From Thermoanaerobaculia bacterium (GTDB lineage Bacteria; Acidobacteriota; Thermoanaerobaculia; Multivoradales; UBA5704): a stretch of 64,000 nt of DNA. The position numbers were made by a program, and so were the translations under genes. Under the pieces are notes generated by a model, which was not told where the DNA came from, did not search any database, and was given only the letters and a program-made list of their open reading frames with translations. Of the stretch, positions 9,527 to 18,035 are shown piece after piece (position 1 is the first letter of the stretch; the number at the start of each line of letters is the position of its first letter). The DNA lies in contig DASVAS010000072.1 in NCBI GenBank assembly GCA_036376245.1, positions 12,959 to 76,958 on the forward strand, written 5' to 3'.

Positions 9527-11418
9527 GGCTTCACCTTCGTTCCGTCGGCCACGGCCTCGCCGACGGTGACGGGACGGCTGAGGTAGGAGGTGGTGGCGGC
9601 GACCTCGTCGCGCACGGCGAGGGCCAGCTTGTGCTCCCCGGGCTTCATGGTGAGCGTCAGGTTGTAGACGTAGTACTGGCCCATGGCGTTGAGCACCTCC
9701 TTGCGGGGGATCTTCAGCGGCACGCTGACCTGCCGCACGGGGGAGTTGGCGCCGTCCGGGGTGCCGGTGACCACGAACAGCTTGAGGGCGCCTTCATAGG
9801 TCTCGTCGCGGTTGAGGACGGCCAGCTTGAACATCGGGATGCGCAGCTTGACCGGGACGGTCCAGGTGCCGGCGCCGCCGGGGATCTGCTCGCCGATCTC
9901 CATGGCCACGTTCAGGGGGTTGTCGTCGAAGCCGTGGTAGAGGGCCGCCAGGGTGCGGTCCACCAGCTTCTCGACCGCGGGCTTGTCGCGGTAGCTCTGG
10001 CGGTAGCGCAGCCGGGTCCCCTGCCGTTTGACCTTGACCTCGATCTTGTGCTCGCGGCCGTCTCCCGTGTGCGACGGCGTGAAGCCCAGGGAGTAGTAGC
10101 TCTCGAAGTCCTCGCGCATGCGGGTGAGGTCGGGGCGGAAGTCGTTGGTGTCGAGGATGGCCCGGCCGCCGGTCTCGTCGGCCAGGAACAGCAGGCTGTC
10201 GCGGTTGTTGTTCCGCAGCGCCGCGCCGATGGCGGGGAAGCGGAAGAACGCGTCCGACGGCGCCATATCCACGTTGTCGGGCGCCCCCAGCCCGCTGGCC
10301 TGAAGGGCGTAGAGGGTCACGCGGTGGGCGTTGGCGTGGGCCGCGAGCTTCCGCAGGTCCTTGGTGACGTTGTAGCCCTGGGCGTCGATCGGCGCCTGGG
10401 TGGCGGCCTGATAGGCCCGGGGACCGAGCATGCGGGCGTCGTAGGGCGTCAGGGGATCCCAGTCCCGGGTTTCCCGCGGCAGGGTGACTCCCGTGCCTGA
10501 GCCTTCGCCGCCTTCCGTGTCGGGGCTCGTGTCCAGGCCGTTCATCCCCGCACTCTGGTAGGACCCGAGGCCGGAGGTGCCGCCGCCGCCGCACATCGAC
10601 ACCAGCAGCTCGAACACCTCCTCGCCGGGGATCAGGGGGAGGCCGTCGCTGACGTGGAGCAGCGCCTTGCGGCCGGGCACGCCGGAGAGCGAGTTCACCA
10701 GCACGGTGAGAGAGCCGAGCGCGCGCCGGACCTCGTCGCGCCGGGACGAGGCGTAGGTGTGCGCCGGGGTCGCGATGTTGAGGGGACAGGGCAGGGGGTC
10801 GGGACTGACGACGGACGCCTGCTGGATGGACATGATGGCCTGGAAGGCGAAGCGGCGGTCCTGATCGCTCTGGAGACCCTGCGCCGCCGTGCGCTGGATC
10901 TCGTCCATGGCGCGGGCGACGGCGGCCGGATCGCCGCTGAAGGGGAGGTGGACCTTGAGCCCCAGGCCCTGGGTCACCAGCATGACCCGGTCGCCGGGCG
11001 CGAGGCTGTGGGTCAGGAACTCCCGCAGTTGCTGGGCCGCCCGGGTGCGGTTGGCCGGCTTCAGGTTCGAGTTGTCGAACAGGACCACCAGGTTCAGCGC
11101 GTCCTCCGGCGCCTGGGCGGCCGGCGTCGCCGGGGCCGCCGGAGCGGCGGCGGCTTCCTGGGGGGCGGCGCGCCCGGCCACCACCTCGAAGTTGGTGATC
11201 GGCACCGGCTTGCCGTCCTCGAAAAGCTCGAAGTCCGCCTTCTGGAGGTCGTTGATGCGGCGGCCGCTCTTGTCGGAGACGTAGACGTCCACGTTGACGA
11301 CGTTGACCTCCACCGACTCGCCGAAGGCGGGCGTGTCCGCCGGCGCCTGGGCGCGGACCGGGGCCGGGGTCCCGGAGAGGACCGCGAGCAGGACTGCGAC
11401 GAAGACTTTGAGCTTCAT
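9523..11418 (-). CDS. VWA domain protein, Acidobacteria-type VWFA family (paralogue 2 of 3)
   Basis: Same architecture (FGESVEVNVVNVDVYVSDKSGRRI..., GGRAILDTNDF, YRQSYRDKP); 631 aa; its stop overlaps the next start by 4 bp (ATGA). Confidence 0.8.
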   Translation of the reverse strand: MKLKVFVAVLLAVLSGTPAPVRAQAPADTPAFGESVEVNVVNVDVYVSDKSGRRINDLQKADFELFEDGKPVPITNFEVVAGRAAPQEAAAAPAAPATPAAQAPEDALNLVVLFDNSNLKPANRTRAAQQLREFLTHSLAPGDRVMLVTQGLGLKVHLPFSGDPAAVARAMDEIQRTAAQGLQSDQDRRFAFQAIMSIQQASVVSPDPLPCPLNIATPAHTYASSRRDEVRRALGSLTVLVNSLSGVPGRKALLHVSDGLPLIPGEEVFELLVSMCGGGGTSGLGSYQSAGMNGLDTSPDTEGGEGSGTGVTLPRETRDWDPLTPYDARMLGPRAYQAATQAPIDAQGYNVTKDLRKLAAHANAHRVTLYALQASGLGAPDNVDMAPSDAFFRFPAIGAALRNNNRDSLLFLADETGGRAILDTNDFRPDLTRMREDFESYYSLGFTPSHTGDGREHKIEVKVKRQGTRLRYRQSYRDKPAVEKLVDRTLAALYHGFDDNPLNVAMEIGEQIPGGAGTWTVPVKLRIPMFKLAVLNRDETYEGALKLFVVTGTPDGANSPVRQVSVPLKIPRKEVLNAMGQYYVYNLTLTMKPGEHKLALAVRDEVAATTSYLSRPVTVGEAVADGTKVKP

Positions 11419-11426
11419 GTTCTCTC

Positions 11427-13283
11427 CTAAACACCGTTGACGGTGAAGCCGCGGCTCAGGAACGAGGTGGTCGCCGAGAGCTCGTCCCGCACCGCCACCG
11501 CCACCCGGTGATCGCCGGGTTGCAGGTGGACGGTCAGGGTGTAGACGTAGAACTGTCCCATGGCGTGGAGGACCTCCTTGACCGGCACCTGGATGTGCAA
11601 CGGCACCTGCCGTACCTGCGAGGTGCGCCCCTCGCCGTCCCGGGTGGCCAGCAGCAGCCGCAGCCTGGCCTCGATGCCCTCGTCCTTCTTCTCCAGGATC
11701 GCCAGCTTGTAGACCGGGATCCTGAGCTGGACGGGCACCGAGACGGCGCCGTTGGGCCCGGGCGTCTGCTGGCCGATCTCCAGGCCGATCTGCAGCGGAT
11801 TTTCGTCCGCGCCGTAGTAGAGGGACGCCAGGGTGCGGTCCACGGTCTTTTCCATCACCGACTTGTCGCGGTAGCTCTGGCGGTGGCGGACCCGCAAGCT
11901 CTTGTTCCGCGCGCGGACCTCGATGCTGTGCTCTCCGCCTTCGCCGCGGCTCCCGGGCTCGAAGCCGAGAAGGTAATAGAAGGAGGCGTCCTCGCGCATG
12001 CGCGCCAGGGCGGGGGAGATGTCGTTGACGCCCAGGATCGCCCGGCCCCCCGTGCCGTCCGCGAGGGCGGTGAGGGAGTCCTGGTAGCTCTTCCGCAGTG
12101 TGAGGTCGATCGACTGGAAGTGCGTGATGCGGTCTCCCGGGTCGGCGTCCGCGGCGGCGGGCCGCTCCGCGCCCACGGCCTGCAAGGTGTACAGGGTCAC
12201 CTGTTGGGCGTTGGCGTGGGCCACCAGGCCGTCGATCTCCTTGCCGATGTGGTAGCCCTGGGCGTCGAGCGGAGCCTGGGACGCCCCCTGGTAGGCCCGG
12301 GGGCCCAGGGACCGCGGGTCATAGACCATGTCCGGGCTCTGGCTGGGCTGCCGGAACGGCACCTTTTCCCCATCGGGGCTTGCCGGGTCGGGGAGCAGCG
12401 GCCCGGTCCGTTCGTCCTCGGGCTTGTCGTTTCCTACGGGGATCTGCCTGCCGATGCCTCCCGTGCCGGAGCCGCCGCCGCAGATCTCGGCGAGGAACTG
12501 GAACACCTCCGCGCCCGGCGTGGCCGGGATGCCGTCGCTGACGTGGAGCACCGCCTTGCGGCCCGGCAGGCCCGAGAGCGAGTTCACCAGCACCTGCAGG
12601 CCGCCGAGGGTGCGCAGGGCTTCGTCCTTGCGCGCGGCGGCGAAGTCGTGGGCCGGCTGGGCGATCGACGGGGGGCAGGGGAGCGGTTCCAGCGGATCGC
12701 TCAGCGAAGCCCCCTGGATGGTCAGGATCGCGCGGTAGGCCCGCTGCCGGTCGGAGTCGGCGGTGAGAGCGTGGGCCGGGAGCCCCTCCAGGTCGTCCAG
12801 GGCCTTGGCGAGGGCGGCGGAATCCGACGTGAAGGGAAGGCGGACCTTGAGGCCCATGTCGTAGCTCGCCAGCATCACCCGGTCCCCCGGCGCGAGGGTT
12901 CGTCCCAGGACGTCCCGGAGCTGCCGCAGCACGCGGGCGCGGTTGGCGGGATGAATGTTGAAGTTGTCGACGAAGACGATCAGGTTCCAGGCGTCTTCGG
13001 GAGCGGCCCCGCCGTCCCCGGCCTCCCCACGCCGCGCGCCCCGCTCCACCCGGTCGAAGTTGGAGATGCCGGCCCGCCTGCCGTCCACCAGGAGGTCGAA
13101 GTCCCCCTTGCGCAGGCCGGTCACCGGGTTGCCTCTGGCGTCCGTGACGTAGACCTCGACGTTGACGACGTTGACGTCCACCGACTCGCCGAAGCCCGTC
13201 CTCTCGGGAGCCTGAGCGGGCAGCGCGGACGCGCCGAGTCCCGTCAGCGACAACCAGCACAGCAGCGGTCGGAGGCGCGTCAT
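11427..13283 (-). CDS. VWA domain protein, Acidobacteria-type VWFA family (paralogue 1 of 3)
   Basis: Start taken at the internal ATG giving MTRLRPLLCWLSLTGLGASALPAQA (signal peptide); FGESVDVNVVNVEVYVTDARG..., GGRAILGVNDI, HRQSYRDKS. Confidence 0.75.
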   Translation of the reverse strand: MTRLRPLLCWLSLTGLGASALPAQAPERTGFGESVDVNVVNVEVYVTDARGNPVTGLRKGDFDLLVDGRRAGISNFDRVERGARRGEAGDGGAAPEDAWNLIVFVDNFNIHPANRARVLRQLRDVLGRTLAPGDRVMLASYDMGLKVRLPFTSDSAALAKALDDLEGLPAHALTADSDRQRAYRAILTIQGASLSDPLEPLPCPPSIAQPAHDFAAARKDEALRTLGGLQVLVNSLSGLPGRKAVLHVSDGIPATPGAEVFQFLAEICGGGSGTGGIGRQIPVGNDKPEDERTGPLLPDPASPDGEKVPFRQPSQSPDMVYDPRSLGPRAYQGASQAPLDAQGYHIGKEIDGLVAHANAQQVTLYTLQAVGAERPAAADADPGDRITHFQSIDLTLRKSYQDSLTALADGTGGRAILGVNDISPALARMREDASFYYLLGFEPGSRGEGGEHSIEVRARNKSLRVRHRQSYRDKSVMEKTVDRTLASLYYGADENPLQIGLEIGQQTPGPNGAVSVPVQLRIPVYKLAILEKKDEGIEARLRLLLATRDGEGRTSQVRQVPLHIQVPVKEVLHAMGQFYVYTLTVHLQPGDHRVAVAVRDELSATTSFLSRGFTVNGV

Positions 13284-13353
13284 CGAATCCCTCCATCTGA
13301 AGCGATAACCGATTTTCACAATCATGATATGCAAGAGACGAACCATGCACTTC

Positions 13354-14382
13354 TCAGAGGAGAGACGGGCCTGGATCGTCCTCCGGGGCTGACGGTTGGG
13401 TCGGCGGAGCGTCCTCGGCCGGTAGAGCCGCGGGCGCGGTCTTCCGCGGCGGCAACGGCCCCGTGGGGGAGCGCCGCCAGAGGGGAGCCCAGAGCGCCAG
13501 GGCGAGCAGGAGGCCCAGCGTGGTCAGGACCAGGCTCCCCTCCGGGCCGAAGCCTCCGCCCGTGACCCGGTCGTCCCCCGCGATGGACAGGTCGAAGAGG
13601 CGGAAGATCCGGATGCCGCTCACCGGCAGCGACAGCGCGCAGGCCACCCCCCAGTTCCAGAAGCCGTGGGCCACGGTGGCGCTCCACAGGCTGCCGCTCC
13701 GCTCGACCATGGCGGCCAGGACCAGGCCGGCCAGCACGATGTTGACCAGGGCGACCCAGGAGACGCTGGGATTGGTGGCGTGCAGGAGCGAGAAGAGCAG
13801 CGACGAGGAGAGGGCGGCCAGCCAGGGCCGCCAGCGCTCCTTGAGAGCCCGGTAGATGTAGCCGCGCACCACCAGCTCCTCGAGCCCGCCCTGGACGAGG
13901 AAGCCGAGCAGGAGGAGGGCCAGGAACAGGACCTGGGGGAGGGGCCAGCCCGGGGAGGGCTCGCGGAACGGCTTGCTCAGGCCCTCGAACCGGACCTCCG
14001 CCAGCGCCGCCGTCAGGGCCAGCCAGACGCCCAGCAGAGCGGCGACGGCCAGGGCCGTGGTGAGGACCTGAAGGGCCGCCTTCCCGCGCCCTCCCTCCGG
14101 CCAGCGAATCCCGATGGAGCCCAGGCCGCGCCGGTCGAGGTAGCGGACGAACAGCCAGGTCGCGAGCAGCATGGGGGGAGCCGCCAGCACGGTCGCCAGC
14201 AGGAAGGCCTCGTTCGAGCCCGCGAGGCCGCCTTCGGCGGAGAGGACGCCGCCCAGGGCCCAGTCGAGGAGAGAGAACAGGAGGACGACGGCGAGCTGGA
14301 CGGCCGCGTACGCCACCATGTAGAGGACGGAACGCGCCAGCGGATGCCAGAGGGGGCGGGGGGAGGCGGGGCCGGTTTCCAA
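13354..14382 (-). CDS. CPBP family intramembrane metalloprotease (CAAX-protease-like)
   Basis: Multipass membrane protein with EELVVRGY, FSLLHA and HGFWNW motifs (the EExxxR / FxxxH / HxxxN triad); lies 70 bp upstream of the VWA triplet on the same strand. Confidence 0.75.
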   Translation of the reverse strand: METGPASPRPLWHPLARSVLYMVAYAAVQLAVVLLFSLLDWALGGVLSAEGGLAGSNEAFLLATVLAAPPMLLATWLFVRYLDRRGLGSIGIRWPEGGRGKAALQVLTTALAVAALLGVWLALTAALAEVRFEGLSKPFREPSPGWPLPQVLFLALLLLGFLVQGGLEELVVRGYIYRALKERWRPWLAALSSSLLFSLLHATNPSVSWVALVNIVLAGLVLAAMVERSGSLWSATVAHGFWNWGVACALSLPVSGIRIFRLFDLSIAGDDRVTGGGFGPEGSLVLTTLGLLLALALWAPLWRRSPTGPLPPRKTAPAALPAEDAPPTQPSAPEDDPGPSLL

Positions 14383-14495
14383 GGGGATTCCTCTCAGTCC
14401 GCGGCCATTCTATGGAACCAATGTGGCACGCCCGTTGCTATCTGTACGAATCGGGGAGAGAAAAGGACCTTAACCAAACCAAAAGGAGGATCGTC

Positions 14496-14768
14496 ATGAT
14501 TAACCTTATTCTCATCCTGATCGTCGGTGGCCTTATCGGCTGGATCGCCAGCATCGTGATGCGCACCAACGCGCAGCAGGGCGTCCTGCTCAACATCGTC
14601 GTCGGTATCGTCGGCGCGTTGCTGGCGGGTTTCCTTCTCGCTCCGCTGTTCGGAACCGGCACGCTGACCGGGGGCGATTTCAGCCTCCCGGCTCTGTTGG
14701 TTTCCCTGCTGGGCGCCATCGTCCTGCTGGCCATCGTCAACCTCTTCCGCCGCGGCGCGGTCCGCTGA
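14496..14768 (+). CDS. GlsB/YeaQ/YmgE family stress-response membrane protein
   Basis: MINLILILIVGGLIGWIASIVMR...; strong RBS aaaaggagga 6 nt upstream. The track ORF 14412..14768 starts at an upstream out-of-context Met. Confidence 0.8.
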   Translation: MINLILILIVGGLIGWIASIVMRTNAQQGVLLNIVVGIVGALLAGFLLAPLFGTGTLTGGDFSLPALLVSLLGAIVLLAIVNLFRRGAVR

Positions 14769-14879
14769 CCCAGGCAGTAACCAGCAAAAGCTGTTGGAGC
14801 TCGGCGGGGGTTTCGGATGGTGTCCGGCCCCCGCTCGGTATCTCCGGCGGTCCCTTTCTTTTTTACAACCGTCGCATAA

Positions 14880-16124
14880 TCAACGATTTAAGGCCGGCGC
14901 CTGGGTAGTCTCCCGAGCCTTCCGGACCCCCTCGGGCGTGGTGAGGCCTTCCTTCGTCAGCACCTCGTTCATCCAGCGGGCCGCCATCTGATTGCCCGAC
15001 TTCGGGTAATGAAGGAAGTTCTTCTTCGCCATTTCGCCTCTGGGGTCGTAGCGCTGGAAGCCGTCCGCGAGGTCGATCAGGCGGTAGCCCTTTCGCCGCA
15101 GCTCGTCCAGGAGGGGCTGGTAGGTGACCGGCTTGCCGTCGCGCCGCAGCCGCACGTCCTTGCGCTGGGGATAGAGCACCAGGACCGGCACCGAGCCGTT
15201 CTCCAGGGCCTCGCGGTAGAACTGGTCCAGGACCCGGACGGTCACCTCGTAGGCCTCGGAGCGGGTGTTGTAGGTGCCGTCCGGCCGGAAGACCGGCTGG
15301 TCGAGGTACTGGGCGCTCATGATGCGGGCGAAGCGCACCGAGGGCAGGAAGTCGAAGCGGCTGCGGCGGTGGTCGCGCCGGTAGAAGAAGTCGTGCTCGC
15401 CCAGGCGGGGGAGGACCTTCTCGGGCTCGCGCATCAGCTCGCGGTAGCCCTCCGCGTCCCGGATGGGGTTCTCGATCAGCACCAGCTCGCCCCCCCGGAC
15501 CTCGAAGCGGGGCTTGCTGAACGGGATGCCGCTGCGCGTGAAGTAGAACGGCCGGAAGGTGTTCACCAGCCGGTTGATGTTCTCCGACATCATGCCGATC
15601 AGGACCACGGCCGGCCGGTACTGCCTGCCCTCGCGGCGGTAGCGCAGCAGGGCCTGCCCGGGGTCCGATCCCGGGATGCCGAAGTTCATCACCTCCAGCC
15701 CCGGCGCCATCCTCTCCAGGCGCTCGGCCCAGGAGAAGCCCGTGGGCACGCCGCTGCCGTGGGTGAAGGAGTCGCCGAAAGCCGCCACCCGCACCTTGCC
15801 CGGCGGCGGCTCCAGGGAGTACTCGCGGGTGGCCCGCAGCCCCTTGCTGTTGGCCTTGTACTGCGGCTTGTCGCCGTGGGGCCGGATGGTCCAGCCCAGG
15901 TCCGGATCGAAGATCAGGTACGACTTGGCGTCGGCGAGATGGGCGTTCAGCAGCCCCTTGTGCTTGTTGTTGAGGTCCGCCAGCACGCTGGGCTGGTACT
16001 CGACGTTCTTGTAGCGCTTGAGCGCCCACAGGCCGCCCAGGCAGGCGAGCTCGAGCGCTCCCCAGAGGAAAGTGAGCAGCACGAGAGAGAACGCGATCTT
16101 CTTGCGGGTCGAGAGCTGTGCCAT
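14880..16124 (-). CDS. SGNH/GDSL hydrolase family membrane-anchored protein
   Basis: AAFGDSFTHGSG block (the GDS(L) catalytic Ser motif) preceded by an N-terminal TM anchor. The track start at 16211 is a TTG; the first ATG (MAQLSTRKK, 16124) is preferred. Start is uncertain. Confidence 0.6.
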   Translation of the reverse strand: MAQLSTRKKIAFSLVLLTFLWGALELACLGGLWALKRYKNVEYQPSVLADLNNKHKGLLNAHLADAKSYLIFDPDLGWTIRPHGDKPQYKANSKGLRATREYSLEPPPGKVRVAAFGDSFTHGSGVPTGFSWAERLERMAPGLEVMNFGIPGSDPGQALLRYRREGRQYRPAVVLIGMMSENINRLVNTFRPFYFTRSGIPFSKPRFEVRGGELVLIENPIRDAEGYRELMREPEKVLPRLGEHDFFYRRDHRRSRFDFLPSVRFARIMSAQYLDQPVFRPDGTYNTRSEAYEVTVRVLDQFYREALENGSVPVLVLYPQRKDVRLRRDGKPVTYQPLLDELRRKGYRLIDLADGFQRYDPRGEMAKKNFLHYPKSGNQMAARWMNEVLTKEGLTTPEGVRKARETTQAPALNR

Positions 16125-16246
16125 GGGAGGCGCGGATTCTATCCGATGGCAAGGGAGAGCGGGGAAGGCGATTATTGATCGTTGTCTATATGCGTCGTAT
16201 AATGAAGGCAAGTCGTTCGAAGCACCGCAGGACAGGAGGAGATAGC

Positions 16247-16615
16247 ATGATGAACCCCCTTCCCAAGATCCGTCGTTTTCCGCGCGTTCAGGCCGAGCAT
16301 GCCGTGATGGTACGTCTGCTGGGCGTTCGTCCTTTTGAAGAGTTCGCCCGCACCCGGGTCCTCGGTCCCGGGGGCTGCATGTTCGTGAGCGAGGAATCGC
16401 TCGGCTACGGCTCGCTGATGGAGCTCTCCATCGCCCTGCAGGGGCGGGTCCTGAAGACGGACAGCCGCGTGGTCTACGAGCACGTGCAGGGGGACAAGCA
16501 CGAGGTGGGCGTCGAGTTCCTGCGCATCAGCCCGGCGGACCGGGCCTTCCTGGAGACCATCATCGCCCAGCGCAAGCGCGGGGAAGGCCGGTCGGCCAGA
16601 CCGCAGGCGAGCTGA
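16247..16615 (+). CDS. PilZ-like domain protein
   Basis: RRFPR (RxxxR) followed by GPGGCMF, ~120 aa, RBS caggagga; the track's longer N-terminus has no RBS. Confidence 0.5.
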   Translation: MMNPLPKIRRFPRVQAEHAVMVRLLGVRPFEEFARTRVLGPGGCMFVSEESLGYGSLMELSIALQGRVLKTDSRVVYEHVQGDKHEVGVEFLRISPADRAFLETIIAQRKRGEGRSARPQAS

Positions 16616-16644
16616 GCAGGGTTCAGGCCTGAATTGCCGGCTGG

Positions 16645-16836
16645 GGCGGCTTGCCCTTCGAGACCTCACCCCCTGGCCCCCTCTCCCAGCACCCTCCCGC
16701 CCGACCGGGAGAGGGGGAACGATGAGGAAGCGTCTTGCCAAGATCAAGATGAGCTTGATCGCAGGGCCCTCCCTCTCCCGGGGGCGGGCGGCAGGGAGAT
16801 GGGAGAGGGACCGAGGGTGAGGTCTCGGAGGGCAGG
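16645..16836. repeat. GC-rich MITE-like palindromic element, copy A
   Basis: CTGGGGCGGCTTGCCCTTCGAGACCTCACCCCCTGGCCCCCTCTCCC ... GGGAGAGGGACCGAGGGTGAGGTCTCGGAGGGCAGG. The ~20-bp terminal inverted repeats TGCCCT(T/C)CGAGACCTCACCC / GGGTGAGG.CTCGGAGGGCA and the internal CCCTCTCCC/GGGAGAGGG sub-palindromes are shared with copies at 38197, 59003 and 60843. Confidence 0.7.
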
Positions 16837-16851
16837 ACGCCCGCAGGCCCC

Positions 16852-17955
16852 CTACCTCCCGGACCCCGCCAGCCCCCGCCCCGTCACCAGATACGTCGCG
16901 AAGCTCCCCAGCCAGTGCCCGCCCTCGTAGTGCTCGCCGGTGACGGCTTCCAGGCCGGCCTCGCGGTGGGCTTTCGCCGCCGCGCGGAGCGAGGGCAGGC
17001 GCGGATCGTCCGCCGGCAGTCCGGAGGCGATCCCTTCCAGCATCCAGGCGCGGCTCAGGTTCAGGCCGTCCAGGTGGGCGAGCTTGCCGTCCGAGCGGTC
17101 CGTGGCCTCGGCGGGCATGAGCCACTCCGCGCTGCCGATCTGGGGGAGGAACCCGGAGAGCCATTCCGCGTATTGCTCGGGTAACAGCAGCCGGCGCATC
17201 AGGTCCGCCTGCGCGATGCAGGGGGAGAGGAAGTCCTCGCCCCCGGGCTCGTACTCCAGCGGACAGGCGCGGTCCTTCATGTACAGCTCGCGGGCGCGCT
17301 TCTCGAACAGCGCCAGCGCCTCCCGATTGCCGGCCCCCCGCGCCCAGTCGATCAGCAATCCCAGCGAGAAGGCCGTCTGGTTGTGCTCGCCCGTCCGGAT
17401 GGGATGCGAGAGCTTGGGCAGCCAGACGGTCAGCCGGCCCACCGCCGCCTTGACCAGCGGATCGAGGGTCTCGGCCCAGCGCTTGGCCTGGGGATCGTCC
17501 CACTCCTTCAGCTCCGCCGAGAGCTGCATCAGCCAGGCGAGCCCGTAGGGACGCTCGAAGGTCGCCCTTCCCGCGCCCTCCAGGTACTTCACCTCCGCCG
17601 CGATGCTCGCCGGGGTGAGGCTGCGATCGAGCGCCGCCCGCGCCTTGGCCGCGAAGGGGGCGTCCGGGAAGAGCCGCGCCAGCCGCGCCAGCAGCCAGTG
17701 GCCGTGCACGGAGGAATGCCAGTCGTAACAGCCGTAGAACGCCGGCGTCAGCTCGCGCGGCGGCTTGACGTCGGCGTCGGAATTGAGCACGTGCGCGATC
17801 TTGTTCGGGTATTCCTTGTGGACGCACGCCAGGGCCAGGTTCGCGAAGCGGCCGGCCGCGGCCGCGTCGACGGTCTTCGCGGCGTCCGCCGCCGCGGCGG
17901 GCAGCGGCAGCGCGGCCGCGAGGAGAAAACAGACGAAAAAGCGGTGCGAAATCAT
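16852..17955 (-). CDS. DUF2891 family protein (secreted)
   Basis: MISHRFFVCFLLAAALPLPAAAA signal peptide after the in-frame ATG at 17955; YGCYDWHSSVHGHW block. Confidence 0.55.
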   Translation of the reverse strand: MISHRFFVCFLLAAALPLPAAAADAAKTVDAAAAGRFANLALACVHKEYPNKIAHVLNSDADVKPPRELTPAFYGCYDWHSSVHGHWLLARLARLFPDAPFAAKARAALDRSLTPASIAAEVKYLEGAGRATFERPYGLAWLMQLSAELKEWDDPQAKRWAETLDPLVKAAVGRLTVWLPKLSHPIRTGEHNQTAFSLGLLIDWARGAGNREALALFEKRARELYMKDRACPLEYEPGGEDFLSPCIAQADLMRRLLLPEQYAEWLSGFLPQIGSAEWLMPAEATDRSDGKLAHLDGLNLSRAWMLEGIASGLPADDPRLPSLRAAAKAHREAGLEAVTGEHYEGGHWLGSFATYLVTGRGLAGSGR

Positions 17956-18035
17956 GGCCGGGGATGGTACCACCGGCCCGCCGTAACCCCGCGCGTCCAT
18001 CCTGCGTATTGAGGGACGTGAAAGGAGACCCCCTG

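Noticed and set aside
7763-13565. Long + strand ORFs 7763..9586, 9631..10500, 10654..11430, 11508..13565 and minus ORFs 9794..11434, 12319..13350, 8076..8711
   Set aside because: They lie antisense or off-frame to the three VWA paralogues, whose frames carry signal peptides and conserved family blocks.
14800-14866. Candidate intrinsic terminator after the GlsB-family gene
   Set aside because: A GCGGGGG…CCCCCGC stem exists, but the T-run (TTTCTTTTTT) is about 30 nt away. This is too loose to call.
13463-16211. ORFs 13666..14499(+), 14863..16152(-), 15009..16178(+), 14438..14740(-)
   Set aside because: Shadows over the CPBP protease, GlsB and SGNH hydrolase genes. 14412..14768 is kept only from the RBS-supported ATG 14496.
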